Shown one piece after another: positions 20,201 through 30,963 of a stretch of 64,000 nt of DNA. The position numbers and the translations under genes are program-made. The notes under the pieces were generated by a model, which made no database searches, was not told the DNA's origin, and saw only the letters and a program-made list of their open reading frames with translations. How positions within the stretch are numbered: position 1 is the stretch's first letter; each line of letters begins with the position of its first letter. Location: NCBI GenBank assembly GCA_964632485.1, contig CAZWDO010000001.1, positions 357,631 to 421,630 of the forward strand. Reading direction: 5' to 3'. The DNA comes from an uncultured bacterium (GTDB taxonomy: Bacteria; JAGOEH01).

Positions 20201-20717
20201 CACCTGGGGTTGGATTTACCATCATGGGTTCAAATTGCCGCAAATCGATTTGCAGCAAATCCCCGATTTAGTAATTTTCCTGGGCCAAGATCCGTATGTA
20301 ACGGATAAAAAAAGAGCGACAGCCTCGGGAGTTGAAAACTGGATCAAAAAAATCCCCTTAAAAATTGTGATCGATCGGGTTCACTCCCCGATCAGTCAGG
20401 AAGCGGAATTATTGATTCCTTTAACCAATACGCCGCAAGCTGACGGTACGTATCTCAATTACCGCCACGAAGGCCAAACGATTTGTCCCGAAAAAAGAAC
20501 GGATGGAGTCTTTACAATTCTGGACACAGTTCGAAAACTGATCGGATGCCACGCCACGGAATCCATCGAAAGCAGATATTTTAACTCTGAGACTCTAAAT
20601 ACTTTGATCAATCGGAACCGGCATCAAGTAACCATAAATTCTTCAAAGGATATTTTAATTGATAACAAACCGCCCTATCAAAGTGATTGTTACCTCCAAC
20701 TTATGAGACAACCATAA
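17270..20717 (+). CDS. StnC-like large subunit: 2Fe-2S + GltD-type FAD/NADPH module + NuoG-type Fe-S + degenerate molybdopterin-oxidoreductase fold (split by gap 17639-17648)
   Basis: IPTLCH...GSCFVC, CKAPCTLACP, GRVCTRPCESKC, IIGAGPGG, GGGNTAMDAAR/YRRT (NADPH-type), CINCGRCVRIC, CESCGQCIQSCP, CLNCSTGC...LCFRGRFG. The two ORF pieces join across the N run (YLAHIAN...LALIKETNP). Confidence 0.85.
17639..17648. other. assembly gap (10 N) inside the StnC-like gene
   Basis: Run of N. Confidence 0.99.
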
Positions 20718-20723
20718 TCGATT

Positions 20724-21545
20724 ATGTGGCAACTACAGGAGATTGACCATCGGTTTGAACATTTTCATCTTTCGATTCCAAATTTACAGGGCAAATCCAA
20801 TGAAACAATTGGATTCGTTGGTCCGAACGGGGCGGGGAAAACGACGACACTACGGATTTTAATGGGGCTGCTCATTCCCGATAAAGGGCAAGTGCGCTTA
20901 ATGCATCAATCGATACCAACCACTGACCCGGTCTATCTGCAGGAAGTCGGCTATGTGGGGGAAAACCCAGGATTCTTCTTCCAGGCTTCGGTTCGATGGA
21001 ATCTGAAAGCTATCGCCTCGTTCTTTCCCAATTGGGATCGAACAGTTGAAAAAGAATTGATCGAACGGTTAAAAATTCCCACAAAACCCATTGTGGAAAA
21101 ATTATCGCGTGGAAATCTGATCAAGCTCTCTTTATTAATCGCCCTGGCTCATCATCCCCATATTCTCATCCTTGATGAACCCACTGCCGGACTTGATCCC
21201 CTGGTGCGACAGGAACTGATTTCGATTCTGAAAGAGTTTCAGAGCCAAACTGCTTTTCATCTGCTCTTTTCTTCCCATATTATTGAAGATATTGAAGATT
21301 TAGCCCAGCGCCTCGTGCTGATCCTTAACGGGAAAATCGTTGCCGACATTCCTTGCGCTACTTATTACACATGGGAAAACTCCATAAGCCCCCCTCCATT
21401 TTCTCCGGTTTTCCAGGATGATTTGACAATTTTATTGAATGAGAAACAATATCAACAGTTATCAATGACCGATCAGAAATATGCAAAATTGATTGATCTA
21501 AAAAAATTGGTCATCCGGCTGATGCGGGGAGAAACCGATGATTAA
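20724..21545 (+). CDS. ABC transporter ATP-binding protein (ABC-2 exporter type)
   Basis: Walker A GPNGAGKTT, signature LSRGN, Walker B LILDEPTAGLD, SSH. Confidence 0.92.
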   Translation: MWQLQEIDHRFEHFHLSIPNLQGKSNETIGFVGPNGAGKTTTLRILMGLLIPDKGQVRLMHQSIPTTDPVYLQEVGYVGENPGFFFQASVRWNLKAIASFFPNWDRTVEKELIERLKIPTKPIVEKLSRGNLIKLSLLIALAHHPHILILDEPTAGLDPLVRQELISILKEFQSQTAFHLLFSSHIIEDIEDLAQRLVLILNGKIVADIPCATYYTWENSISPPPFSPVFQDDLTILLNEKQYQQLSMTDQKYAKLIDLKKLVIRLMRGETDD

Positions 21546-22173
21546 TCTTCTGCGTATCTGGAAAATTTATCTCATCAATCTGCGAAACGCCCTTTTACTT
21601 AATTTGGTAATCATAACCATCCTGTTGATTTATCTTCGATTTTCATTTCCCTATTTGGATTTCTTTCCTTACGTATCATTTGCGATGACCGGTTTTTTTC
21701 TGACCTATAGTATACTATCCCGTTTACTGTATTGGGAAGATAAATATCATACGCTGCTTTTATTAAAAACATTGCCAATAAAGACCCCAGTCCTGGCTGC
21801 TTCCCGATTTCTGATTCCATGGTCAATATTAAGCGGACTGGCCATTCTCCACAGCGTTTGGCTTGCAATAGGGAGCTCGGAAGGATTCACTCTTGAAAGT
21901 TTGCTGATTTTCTTCATATTGATGATCTTCCTCTCTATTATCCCTAATATTTTCCTGGTATTGGCAGAATATCTCAATATTATGACAGTGCTCCAAATTA
22001 TGCGCGTTGTTCCCTTGAGTTTTTTACTAATCGGCCTGGTAATTAAAAACGTGGATACTGAATTCCTGGAAAATTTACCCTATACGCTGATATTCATCAT
22101 TGCCGGAAGCCTTTCACTTGTATTAATGGCTTGGGGCTGGAAAAAATTTACATGCAGAAAAGACTGGCATTAG
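21538..22173 (+). CDS. ABC-2 type permease
   Basis: About six hydrophobic helices, LLKTLPIK motif, and overlap with the ATPase gene. Confidence 0.75.
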   Translation: MINLLRIWKIYLINLRNALLLNLVIITILLIYLRFSFPYLDFFPYVSFAMTGFFLTYSILSRLLYWEDKYHTLLLLKTLPIKTPVLAASRFLIPWSILSGLAILHSVWLAIGSSEGFTLESLLIFFILMIFLSIIPNIFLVLAEYLNIMTVLQIMRVVPLSFLLIGLVIKNVDTEFLENLPYTLIFIIAGSLSLVLMAWGWKKFTCRKDWH

Positions 22174-22850
22174 AAGAGATTTACCAGTTACTGATCCAGG
22201 CATACGGCGCTCAGGGCTGGTGGCCGCTGACCGATTTAGAACAACAACGGTCAATATACAATACAGCGGATTCAGTTACCGAAAAAAATCCGGCTGACCA
22301 ACTGGAAATAATAATCGGCGCTGTTCTTACTCAAAACACTAATTGGAAAAATGTCGTCAAAGCCTTGATTAATCTCAAACAGGATCAGTTGATATCTGTT
22401 GAGCAATTAAAACGACTGGAACTGCAAGTACTCGCAGAAAAAATAAAACCAGCGGGCTATTTCAACCAAAAAGCGCTTAAAATCAAACGATTAGTTTCGT
22501 TACCCCGATTACCGGAGACCCGGGAGGAATGGCTGTCGCAATGGGGAATTGGACCTGAAACCGCTGATTCCATTTTGCTTTACGCATTCAATCAATTGCA
22601 TTTTGTAATTGATACATATACACAGCGAATATTTACCCGAATCCACCCTGAATTTACAAACCTCCGTCATTATGTCCAATGGCAAACCTATTTTCAAGCC
22701 AACCTACCTGAAAACCTGGTTCTCTACAATGAATTTCACGCATTGCTGGTATATTTGGGAAAAAAATTCTGCAGCAAAACCAACCCAGTATGCGCCGAAT
22801 GCGTGCTTAAAGCCGGATGTCACTACTCTGCGGCCAATCAGTCTCTTTAA
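22152..22850 (+). CDS. HhH-GPD / endonuclease III-related DNA glycosylase
   Basis: YGAQGWWP, IGAVLTQNTNWKNV, GIGPETADSILLYA, VIDTY, C-terminal CSKTNPVCAECVLKAGC Fe-S motif. Start placed at the first ATG. Confidence 0.88.
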   Translation: MQKRLALEEIYQLLIQAYGAQGWWPLTDLEQQRSIYNTADSVTEKNPADQLEIIIGAVLTQNTNWKNVVKALINLKQDQLISVEQLKRLELQVLAEKIKPAGYFNQKALKIKRLVSLPRLPETREEWLSQWGIGPETADSILLYAFNQLHFVIDTYTQRIFTRIHPEFTNLRHYVQWQTYFQANLPENLVLYNEFHALLVYLGKKFCSKTNPVCAECVLKAGCHYSAANQSL

Positions 22851-22895
22851 CTTATTCAATTGGAGCGAATTGATCAACAGTACCTCTTAACCGGA

Positions 22896-23885
22896 TCATC
22901 CCAGCGCAGCATCGATTTCCGCTAATTCATCAGTGGAGAACTGCGTATTATCCAAAGCTTTTAAATTATGTTCCAATTGATAAGGAGTTCGACATCCGAC
23001 AATTACAGACGTAATCTCTTGCCGGACAAGAATCCACGCCAGCGAAAACTGTGCCAGCGATTGATTGCGGCGGTCAGCAATTAGTTTAAGTTTCTTCACT
23101 TTTTCAATTTTATTGCTGGTAACATGTTCAGGATTGAGATAGCCATGGGGATTAGCAGCGCGCGAATCCTGCGGAATACCATCAAGATATTTCCCGGTAA
23201 GTATCCCCTGGGCAAGTGGTGAAAATGCAACGCATCCCAGGCCAAGCTTCTGGAGCAATTGAAGCAATCCGTTTTCAATATCGCGGTTAAGAAGCGAATA
23301 GGAAGGCTGGTGGACAATACAGCGGCTGCCAAATTCCTTTAAGAGTTGGACGGCACTCTTCGTTTGATTAACATTATAAGAAGATATGCCTACATAAAGA
23401 GCCTTCCCCTGGCGCAGGATCAGATCCAGAGCCCCCATAGTTTCTTCCAGAGGAGTATTCGTATCCGGGCGATGAGAATAATAAATATCGACGTAATCAA
23501 GCCCCATACGTTTTAAACTCTGATCTAAACTGGCTACCAAGTATTTTTTTGAACCCCATTCCCCGTAAGGTCCCGGCCACATCCGATATCCTGCCTTTGT
23601 AGTTATAATAAGTTCGTCCCGATAAGGTTTGAGATCAGCATTTAAAATAGAACCAAAATTTTCTTCTGCCGAGCCAAAAGGAGGGCCATAGTTATTCGCC
23701 AAATCGAAGTGAGTAATTCCCGAATCGAATGCCAGACGAACTACCTGCCGTCCGGTTTCAAAAATATCAACACCCCCAAAATTATGCCATAAACCCAGTG
23801 TTAACGCCGGTAAAATCAAACCACTCTTACCGCATCGTCGATATTGCATCTGCTGATAACGAACTTCGGAAGCTTGATAATTCAC
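22896..23885 (-). CDS. aldo/keto reductase (YghZ/Gpr-like L-glyceraldehyde-3-phosphate reductase family)
   Basis: LGLWHNFG, GITHFDLANNYGPP, TKAGYRMWPGPYG, FSPLAQG. GTG start at 23885 after AAGGAGG. Confidence 0.9.
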   Translation of the reverse strand: MNYQASEVRYQQMQYRRCGKSGLILPALTLGLWHNFGGVDIFETGRQVVRLAFDSGITHFDLANNYGPPFGSAEENFGSILNADLKPYRDELIITTKAGYRMWPGPYGEWGSKKYLVASLDQSLKRMGLDYVDIYYSHRPDTNTPLEETMGALDLILRQGKALYVGISSYNVNQTKSAVQLLKEFGSRCIVHQPSYSLLNRDIENGLLQLLQKLGLGCVAFSPLAQGILTGKYLDGIPQDSRAANPHGYLNPEHVTSNKIEKVKKLKLIADRRNQSLAQFSLAWILVRQEITSVIVGCRTPYQLEHNLKALDNTQFSTDELAEIDAALG

Positions 23886-24101
23886 TATATCCTCCTTAAT
23901 TAACCGAAAAAACATTCATACAAACTCTTATACAATTTTCCGGGGAACCAGTTATATCACTCACCGGAATTCCATTAAATTTAAGGCCTAAATGGTATCG
24001 GAAACCGATGCTCAATTAGTAATATATCACTATTCTTAAAAAACTCAAGTTTTATTTTAAAATAAATTCAAGTGATTTTTTAACCCAGACCCATAAACTG
24101 C

Positions 24102-24130
24102 TTGACAAAAATGGTAATTTTTTATATTAT
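24102..24130 (+). promoter_or_regulatory. sigma-70 promoter of the mnmG operon
   Basis: TTGACA(24102-24107)-N17-TATTAT(24125-24130). Confidence 0.7.
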
Positions 24131-24155
24131 TAAAGATCAATTTACAGGAGTGATC

Positions 24156-25973
24156 ATGTTTGATGTAATCGTCATTGGCGCCGGCCATGCCGGATGTGAA
24201 GCGGCAGCAGCCGCGGCGCGGCTTGGCTGTTCAACCCTATTGTTAACGATGGCTATTGATAAAATCGGAGAACTATCATGCAATCCAGCGATGGGAGGTT
24301 TAGCAAAAAGTCATTTAATATATGAAACGGACATGTTAGGCGGATTAATTGGCAGAATTTCTGATCAGTCATCTATCCAATACCGGATGCTGAATCTTTC
24401 AAAAGGTTCGGCAGTATGGTCATTACGCTCCCAGACAGGACGTTCTTTATACAAAAAAGCAATGCTTCGCACGTTACTTAGGATTTCAAATCTTCAAATT
24501 TCCGAGGGATTGGTGGAAGAGATCAACCCTAAGGATAAGGGGTTTGAACTTCAAATGCAATCGGGCAAACGGTATTCATGTCGATCGGTAGTAGTCGCTA
24601 CCGGTACATTTTTAAACGGGCGGATACATATTGGCTTACAAAATTATTCTGCGGGAAGGATTAACGAGTTTTCAGCCATCAATTTATCAGATTCGCTAAA
24701 AAAACTAGGGTTAGTTACCGGCCGATTGAAAACCGGCACTCCGCCGCGAATCTGGGCTAAAAGCCTGCAATATGACAAATTAATTCCTCATCCGGGCGAA
24801 GAAACGCCATTCCGTTTTGGCTATCGCAAAGCGTTCCGGTCTTTTAAGCAACTCCCCTGCTATATCACTCATACTAACGAGACAGTTCATCAGTTAATCC
24901 GCGATAATTTAGATCAATCGCCACTTTTCCAGGGAGTGATCAAAGGAATTGGCCCCCGATATTGCCCATCAATCGAAGATAAAGTGGTTCGGTTTCCGGA
25001 ACGGGACCGCCACCAGTTATTTGTCGAACCCGAGGATGCCGATTTTCAAACCATATACCTCAATGGATGTTCATCATCACTGCCAGTAGAGGTGCAGGAA
25101 AAAATCATCCATCATATTCCCGGGTTAGAAACTGCCCGAATTTTCAGGCCGGCTTACGCAATTGAGTATGATTATGTGGATCCAACTCAATTAAAGCCCA
25201 CCCTGGAAACGAAAACGATTCCCGGTTTATTTTTAGCCGGTCAGATCAACGGTACTTCAGGGTATGAAGAAGCGGCAGCGCAGGGGATCGTAGCCGGGTT
25301 AAATGCCGTTTTTTATTGTCAACACCGCCCGCCTCTATCATTTTCCAGAACCGATACCTATATTGGAGTTATGATTGGCGATTTAACCTCAAAAGGGACG
25401 CAAGAACCTTACCGATTGTTCACTTCTCTCGCTGAAAACCGATTATATTTACGACATGATAACGTGGATGATCGCCTGCTGGATTATATCTCACAGCATC
25501 AGCTACGTTCACCGAATCAAACACGAAAAATTAAAAACTGGGTCGAACAGAAAAAATCCACCATTGAAACTTTAAAAAAGAAACGTATTCATTGGGATGA
25601 AAAAAATCTATCTATTTATGAATTTCTGAAGCAACCAGATCATCGTATTTCTATGCTCAAAGACCCAACAAACGAGATGGATGACACTTATCTCAATTAT
25701 TGCTGCGAAGCAGAGATCAAGTACGAAGGTTATATTCAGCGGCAAGAACGAACTCTGCAAAAAATCAGGAAAAATGAAAATTATCGACTGCCCGACACAA
25801 TTCAATATCAATCGATAGCTACCCTGCGTAAAGAAGCCCAGGAAAAATTTGATCGAATTCGGCCGTATAATTTAGCGCAGGCATTGGAAATCCCTGGAAT
25901 TTCTCCTGCCGATATCAACACACTTATTGTCTATCTGGAACAGGTACGCCATGGAAAAAAGACTTCCCGTTAA
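24156..25973 (+). CDS. mnmG: tRNA uridine-5-carboxymethylaminomethyl modification enzyme MnmG (GidA)
   Basis: [63 protein letters not shown] at 24156 after AGGAG. Confidence 0.97.
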   Translation: MFDVIVIGAGHAGCEAAAAAARLGCSTLLLTMAIDKIGELSCNPAMGGLAKSHLIYETDMLGGLIGRISDQSSIQYRMLNLSKGSAVWSLRSQTGRSLYKKAMLRTLLRISNLQISEGLVEEINPKDKGFELQMQSGKRYSCRSVVVATGTFLNGRIHIGLQNYSAGRINEFSAINLSDSLKKLGLVTGRLKTGTPPRIWAKSLQYDKLIPHPGEETPFRFGYRKAFRSFKQLPCYITHTNETVHQLIRDNLDQSPLFQGVIKGIGPRYCPSIEDKVVRFPERDRHQLFVEPEDADFQTIYLNGCSSSLPVEVQEKIIHHIPGLETARIFRPAYAIEYDYVDPTQLKPTLETKTIPGLFLAGQINGTSGYEEAAAQGIVAGLNAVFYCQHRPPLSFSRTDTYIGVMIGDLTSKGTQEPYRLFTSLAENRLYLRHDNVDDRLLDYISQHQLRSPNQTRKIKNWVEQKKSTIETLKKKRIHWDEKNLSIYEFLKQPDHRISMLKDPTNEMDDTYLNYCCEAEIKYEGYIQRQERTLQKIRKNENYRLPDTIQYQSIATLRKEAQEKFDRIRPYNLAQALEIPGISPADINTLIVYLEQVRHGKKTSR

Positions 25974-26637
25974 CCAACTCAAACGTGATGCCCGACTTCT
26001 TTTTGGAGTTAAGCTCAACCGTGATCAAAAGGATATTTTCACTTACTATTATGATAAATTAATCGAATGGCAGGATAAGCTTAATTTATTCCCACCCGGG
26101 GCCAAAGCCCACTTAATGACTAACTATTTTCTGGATTCAATTTCACTCCTCAAATACCTGCCCGCTCAAGAATCATTACGAGTAATTGATATTGGCAGTG
26201 GCAATGGATGTCCCGGAATTCCGCTAAAGATTGCAGTATCTGATTTGGAACTGATCTTAATCGAATCCAAACACAAGCGCTCACTCTTCCTTGAAAAAAT
26301 CAAAACTGATCTGGCAGAAGTGAATATATCAGGAATAACGGTTCTCAATGAGCGGGTTGAGAATGTTAAAGTGGAGCCCAAGGCTGATTGGGTAGTAACC
26401 CGGGCAACTTACCGGCTGGAAGATTTACTGAAATTATCACAACCGCTATTGAAACCAAATTCATATCTGATATACTACGCAGGCGAAGATGCCAAAGATC
26501 AAGTTAAGGCGTCGCATTCATCCATTTTGAACTATGGATATCAATTAAAAAAAGTGTTCTCATACAAATTACCCGGGCAGACCAGCCTGAGAAATCTTAT
26601 TATTCTTCAATTTTTAGGAGTAGAATCAACCGCATGA
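25951..26637 (+). CDS. rsmG: 16S rRNA m7G527 methyltransferase RsmG (GidB)
   Basis: [33 protein letters not shown]. Follows mnmG. Confidence 0.9.
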   Translation: MEKRLPVNQLKRDARLLFGVKLNRDQKDIFTYYYDKLIEWQDKLNLFPPGAKAHLMTNYFLDSISLLKYLPAQESLRVIDIGSGNGCPGIPLKIAVSDLELILIESKHKRSLFLEKIKTDLAEVNISGITVLNERVENVKVEPKADWVVTRATYRLEDLLKLSQPLLKPNSYLIYYAGEDAKDQVKASHSSILNYGYQLKKVFSYKLPGQTSLRNLIILQFLGVESTA

Positions 26638-27395
26638 AACAGATAATCGCCATAGCCAATCAAAAGGGGGGAGTTGGCAAAACGACAACCGCCATTAATC
26701 TGGCTGCCGCTCTGGCCCTCAATGATCAAAAAACGCTCCTCATTGATTTTGATCCCCAAGCAAATACGACATCCGGATTGGGATTCGACCACCGAGCGTT
26801 GACGGAAAGCACGTATGATATCATCCTGGGGACAGTTTCCGCCGATAAAATTATCCGCCCCACTGAACTTAGCCAAATGTTTTTAATGCCAGCCAATATT
26901 CATTTGACTGCCGCCGAACTTGAGTTAGTATCAACTCAAGAGCGGGAATACCGGCTTAAAAAAGCATTACAGAATATCGACGAATCTTACAATTATATCG
27001 TCATCGATTGTCCACCGTCACTGGGTTTGATAACAATCAACGCCTTAACTGCCGCAGACGGGGTAATGATCCCTATCCAATGCGAATATTATGCGCTGGA
27101 AGGTTTAGCGCAATTAGTACGAACCATCGAATTAGTAAAAAAGAATTTTAATGCCGCGCTCAAGCTTCAGGGCATTTTACTAACAATGTTTGACCCCCGA
27201 TTGAAAATTGCTCAACAAGTCGTCGATGAAGTCAAAAAGTTTTTCCCTGATGTGGTTTATGAAACAATTATCCATCGGAATATCCGACTTGCCGAAGCGC
27301 CCAGTTTCGGCAAACCGATTGTTTTATATGATATACTTTCAAAAGGCGCGCAAAACTATCTCACCTTAGCAAAGGAAATACTCAAGAATGTCTAA
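26634..27395 (+). CDS. parA: chromosome partitioning ATPase ParA/Soj
   Basis: [45 protein letters not shown]. Confidence 0.96.
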   Translation: MKQIIAIANQKGGVGKTTTAINLAAALALNDQKTLLIDFDPQANTTSGLGFDHRALTESTYDIILGTVSADKIIRPTELSQMFLMPANIHLTAAELELVSTQEREYRLKKALQNIDESYNYIVIDCPPSLGLITINALTAADGVMIPIQCEYYALEGLAQLVRTIELVKKNFNAALKLQGILLTMFDPRLKIAQQVVDEVKKFFPDVVYETIIHRNIRLAEAPSFGKPIVLYDILSKGAQNYLTLAKEILKNV

Positions 27396-28263
27396 AGAAC
27401 GATTAGGCAGGGGCCTGGATTCAATGTTCCCCAATTCGAATCTTAGCAATAATAATGTCATCGTGGAAAAAAATAAGACCATTCTTCAAATTAATGTCAA
27501 TGAAATTCGACGCAATCCGCAACAACCCCGCTTGGACATTGATCCCCAATCTCTTGAAGAATTGGCAAATTCCATCAAAGAGAAGGGTGTATTACAGCCG
27601 GTTTTAGTCCGCCAATTAAAAGACGGGTTTGAGTTGATTGCAGGTGAACGCAGACTGGAAGCGGTTAAACAGGTCGGAATGAAATATATTCCCGCTATTG
27701 TTACGGATGTTGTTAGCGATTCCGACATGTTAGAATACGCGCTGATTGAAAACATTCAACGCGAAAACTTGAACCCTGTGGAAGAAGCCCTTGCTTACGA
27801 TAAGCTTAATCGCGAATATCATCTATCCCATGAGGAGATTGCGCTCCGTGTCGGTAAAAACCGCGCGACGGTCAGCAATCAAATTCGCTTGCTGCAACTT
27901 TCTATGGCAATCCGCGCGATGATCGTTAATCAAAGTATCTCCACAGGACATGCCAAAGTCCTGTTAACCTTGGAAAACAGCGAGCAACGTGAAAAACTGG
28001 CTCAAAAAACAGTTGAAAAAAAACTATCCGTCCGGCAATTGGAACAGGAAATCGATAACCTGAAAAAACAGAAAAAAACAACACTATTGCCACCCGTCGA
28101 CCCCTTTATCGAAGCAGCGCAAACCGATCTTATGCATCATCTGGGAACAAAAGTCAAAATCAATCACGATGAAAAACAAGGGAAAATTGTAATCGAATAC
28201 TTTTCGCTCGATGATTTAAATCGGATAATAAAAATGATTACCGGGATGTCAGAGACGAGCTGA
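27388..28263 (+). CDS. parB: chromosome partitioning protein ParB/Spo0J
   Basis: [40 protein letters not shown], plus an HTH. Confidence 0.96.
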   Translation: MSKERLGRGLDSMFPNSNLSNNNVIVEKNKTILQINVNEIRRNPQQPRLDIDPQSLEELANSIKEKGVLQPVLVRQLKDGFELIAGERRLEAVKQVGMKYIPAIVTDVVSDSDMLEYALIENIQRENLNPVEEALAYDKLNREYHLSHEEIALRVGKNRATVSNQIRLLQLSMAIRAMIVNQSISTGHAKVLLTLENSEQREKLAQKTVEKKLSVRQLEQEIDNLKKQKKTTLLPPVDPFIEAAQTDLMHHLGTKVKINHDEKQGKIVIEYFSLDDLNRIIKMITGMSETS

Positions 28264-28265
28264 AT

Positions 28266-29042
28266 ATGAACCAATCAGATCCGAAATACAGAATTATCAT
28301 AGTAGAGGAAGGGACAACTCTGGAAAACCATTATGTGATCCGCAAACAAACTGTACAATATATATTAACAGGCGGAGCGGTCTTTCTATTACTATGTATA
28401 ATCTCCTTTATCCTCAATGCCTTCGGCATCCATTATTTTATCCAGTACCGACACTTACAGAGTGACAAAAACGAACTGATCACTCAGGTTAAAAACATTG
28501 CCCAACTGGAAACTGAATTGAATGGGTTAAGAACGTATCAAAAAAAGATTGAATTATTATTGGGAATTCGTACCGACTTGAAACTGTTTGGCGAAGTAAC
28601 CAGCCAGGACGATACCTTATTAGACACTTATATGGAAAGCGTGAACCTTACACACAAGCTGATCGATGAGAAGGACAATGATACGCTATACATGACCTGG
28701 CCGGCGCATGGAGTTATTACCAATGAGTTTTCCATCCCAGGGAACCATCTCGGCATCGATATTGCCTTACCTACTCATTCTCTCGTCCGGGCGGCTGAAT
28801 CAGGTGAAGTTATATTTTGCGGAGTTGATTCACTTTTTGGCAAAACCATCATCATTCAACATACTAATCAGATAACGTCAATTTATGGACACAACGATTC
28901 ATCCCTGGTCAGTTTTGGCGCCCAGGTCTATCGTGGCCAGGTTATTGCTCTTTCGGGCAATACCGGGATCAGTACCGCTCCCCACCTTCATTTCGGTATA
29001 AAAAAAGAACGGTACATCGATCCAAAACCTCATCTCAATTAA
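28266..29042 (+). CDS. membrane-anchored M23 family metallo-endopeptidase
   Basis: N-terminal TM helix, coiled coil, HLGID (HxxxD), YGH, STAPHLHF (HxH). Confidence 0.88.
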   Translation: MNQSDPKYRIIIVEEGTTLENHYVIRKQTVQYILTGGAVFLLLCIISFILNAFGIHYFIQYRHLQSDKNELITQVKNIAQLETELNGLRTYQKKIELLLGIRTDLKLFGEVTSQDDTLLDTYMESVNLTHKLIDEKDNDTLYMTWPAHGVITNEFSIPGNHLGIDIALPTHSLVRAAESGEVIFCGVDSLFGKTIIIQHTNQITSIYGHNDSSLVSFGAQVYRGQVIALSGNTGISTAPHLHFGIKKERYIDPKPHLN

Positions 29043-29051
29043 GGAGTTATA

Positions 29052-29441
29052 ATGGCTAAGGAAAATATTGAATCCCGCTCTGCCAATCTTACAATTATCA
29101 GCCAGGGAACAGCCATTGAAGGAATAATTAACAGCAATGGCAATTTGCGTCTCGATGGGCAGTTCAAAGGTCAAATTCAGGTTGAGGGCAATATTGTGAT
29201 TGGCAAGGAAGGTATTGTTCAAGCCGAAATTCATTGCCATACCCTGACCATTGCCGGTAAAATACGGGGGAATCTTTATGTTCAGGAACAAGTGATTCTT
29301 GAAAAGGAAGCCGTGGTTATTGGCGATATTCAAAGCCGTTACTTGATTGTCAATGAAGGAGCCGTTTTTCACGGTTATAATAAAATCACTAATTTGAATA
29401 CCTTACAACAAGAATGGAAAGATGACAGCAAGCATGAGTGA
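29052..29441 (+). CDS. bactofilin (polymer-forming cytoskeletal protein)
   Basis: TIISQGTAIEG...LRLDGQFKGQI...IGKEGIVQAEI...VIGDI...VNEGAVFHG beta-helix pattern. Confidence 0.9.
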   Translation: MAKENIESRSANLTIISQGTAIEGIINSNGNLRLDGQFKGQIQVEGNIVIGKEGIVQAEIHCHTLTIAGKIRGNLYVQEQVILEKEAVVIGDIQSRYLIVNEGAVFHGYNKITNLNTLQQEWKDDSKHE

Positions 29442-29982
29442 TTTAGCTTTTTTTGAACCGGAGCATCCTCAGTGGTATGCTTTATATACTAAACCACGCT
29501 GTGAAAAAAAAGTGGGAGAACATCTCGAGAAAAATGAAATCCAATTCTACCTTCCCTTGATCAAACATTACAATCCATCCCGTCGTATCTCTTTCATGGT
29601 TCCTCTTATTCCGTCTTACGTATTTATCAATATTCCCATGAGCCATGACTTCTGGTATAAAATAATAAATTCTGCTTATGTAGTATCATTTGTCAACTAC
29701 AAAAAAATACCCCAGCCTATACCGGATTACGAAATTGACTCGTTAATAAAAGTAGTCCAGAATGTAGATATTTCTGAGTCGATCAAACTAAACCCGGTGG
29801 ATATCACCGGAAAACTGGTTAAAATAATTGAAGGGCCGTTTGCAGGTTTAATCGGCCGGGTCAGTTTCATTAAACCTAATAAGAAGAAGATCGTCATCAA
29901 TATTGAAAATATCGCGTTATCAGTTGCTGTTGAAGTTAATGCTGAATATGTCCAAAAAATTGAGGATTTTAATGAATTCTGA
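29422..29982 (+). CDS. NusG-paralog transcription antiterminator (UpxY/RfaH-like)
   Basis: WYALYTKPRCEKKV, YLPL, PLIPSYVF, PIPDYEI, and the KOW motif VKIIEGPFAGLIG. Confidence 0.88.
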   Translation: MTASMSDLAFFEPEHPQWYALYTKPRCEKKVGEHLEKNEIQFYLPLIKHYNPSRRISFMVPLIPSYVFINIPMSHDFWYKIINSAYVVSFVNYKKIPQPIPDYEIDSLIKVVQNVDISESIKLNPVDITGKLVKIIEGPFAGLIGRVSFIKPNKKKIVINIENIALSVAVEVNAEYVQKIEDFNEF

Positions 29983-30946
29983 GTTAATTTTAAAAATAGC
30001 GCGCCACACGTTGGAAATCGAATCGCAGGCAATCATGGATTTTTCCCGCCAGTTGGGCGAAGATTTCATCCATGCCGTGCAAAAAATTTTTCATTGTCGC
30101 GGAAAAATCCTTTTTTCAGGGATTGGAAAATCCGGAATTATTGCTCAAAAAATTGCCAGCACTTTTAATTCGATTGGTATTATTTCCATTTTTTTACATC
30201 CGGTAGAAGCGCTTCATGGCGATCTGGGAATTATCAATCAGGATGACCTTTTAATTGTGTTAAGTAAAAGTAGTGAAACCGAGGAACTTTTTACTCTAAT
30301 CAGCTTCATTAAAAAAAAAGGGATTCCTTTGATTACTATACTGGGTAAAAGGAAATCTTCACTGGGAGACCTGGCTGATATCAATATTATCTATGACGTT
30401 AAGGAAGAAGCCTGCCCCTTGAGAGTTACCCCCACTACCTCTACTACTCTTTCGTTAGCCATTGGCGACGCCATGGCCGCTTGCTTGATTGCCTTAAAAA
30501 AGATAAAAATAGAAGATTTTGCTTTAAATCACCCTGGCGGATCAATTGGCAAAGCCTATTATATTAAAATCAAAGATATTATGCATAAAGAAGACGAAAA
30601 TCCACAATTACCACCCAACGCTTCGATCGAATCAATTATTGAAGTTATCACTAAAAAGCGGATGGGCGCCGTCAATATTGTTGATCAGCAAAATCTGCTC
30701 CTCGGTATTATAACAGATGGCGATATCCGTCGCGCGCTAAAAAACCGCTACAGTTTTTTCAATTTGAAAGCCGAAGATGTCATGACTCCCAATCCAATTA
30801 CTATCCACGAAGAAGAATTAGCCGTAAATGCCATCGATTTATTAGAAAACAGACCCTCCCAAATTCCCGTCTTACCCGTTATCGACGCTTTTGGCCGAAA
30901 CGTTGGAATCATTCGTATCCATGATCTGGTAAAAGCGGGACTATAA
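29972..30946 (+). CDS. kdsD: arabinose-5-phosphate isomerase (KdsD/KpsF; SIS + 2 CBS)
   Basis: GIGKSGII, FLHPVEALHGDLG, PTTSTT, HPGGSIG, GIITDGDIRR, IRIHDL. Start placed at ATG 29972 after GAGG. Confidence 0.92.
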   Translation: MNSELILKIARHTLEIESQAIMDFSRQLGEDFIHAVQKIFHCRGKILFSGIGKSGIIAQKIASTFNSIGIISIFLHPVEALHGDLGIINQDDLLIVLSKSSETEELFTLISFIKKKGIPLITILGKRKSSLGDLADINIIYDVKEEACPLRVTPTTSTTLSLAIGDAMAACLIALKKIKIEDFALNHPGGSIGKAYYIKIKDIMHKEDENPQLPPNASIESIIEVITKKRMGAVNIVDQQNLLLGIITDGDIRRALKNRYSFFNLKAEDVMTPNPITIHEEELAVNAIDLLENRPSQIPVLPVIDAFGRNVGIIRIHDLVKAGL

Positions 30947-30963
30947 CTCTCTTTACCAACGAA

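Noticed and set aside
14968-20717. Respiratory complex I, [FeFe]-hydrogenase, formate dehydrogenase or glutamate synthase
   Set aside because: There are no membrane nuo genes, no H-cluster motifs, no recognisable Mo/W-ligand region and no gltB. The architecture fits Stn-type Nfn better.
23916-24155. oriC or parS near mnmG-parAB
   Set aside because: I saw no TTATCCACA DnaA-box cluster and no TGTTTCACGTGAAACA-like palindrome by eye, and dnaA is not in the window. A motif scan could still find weak sites.
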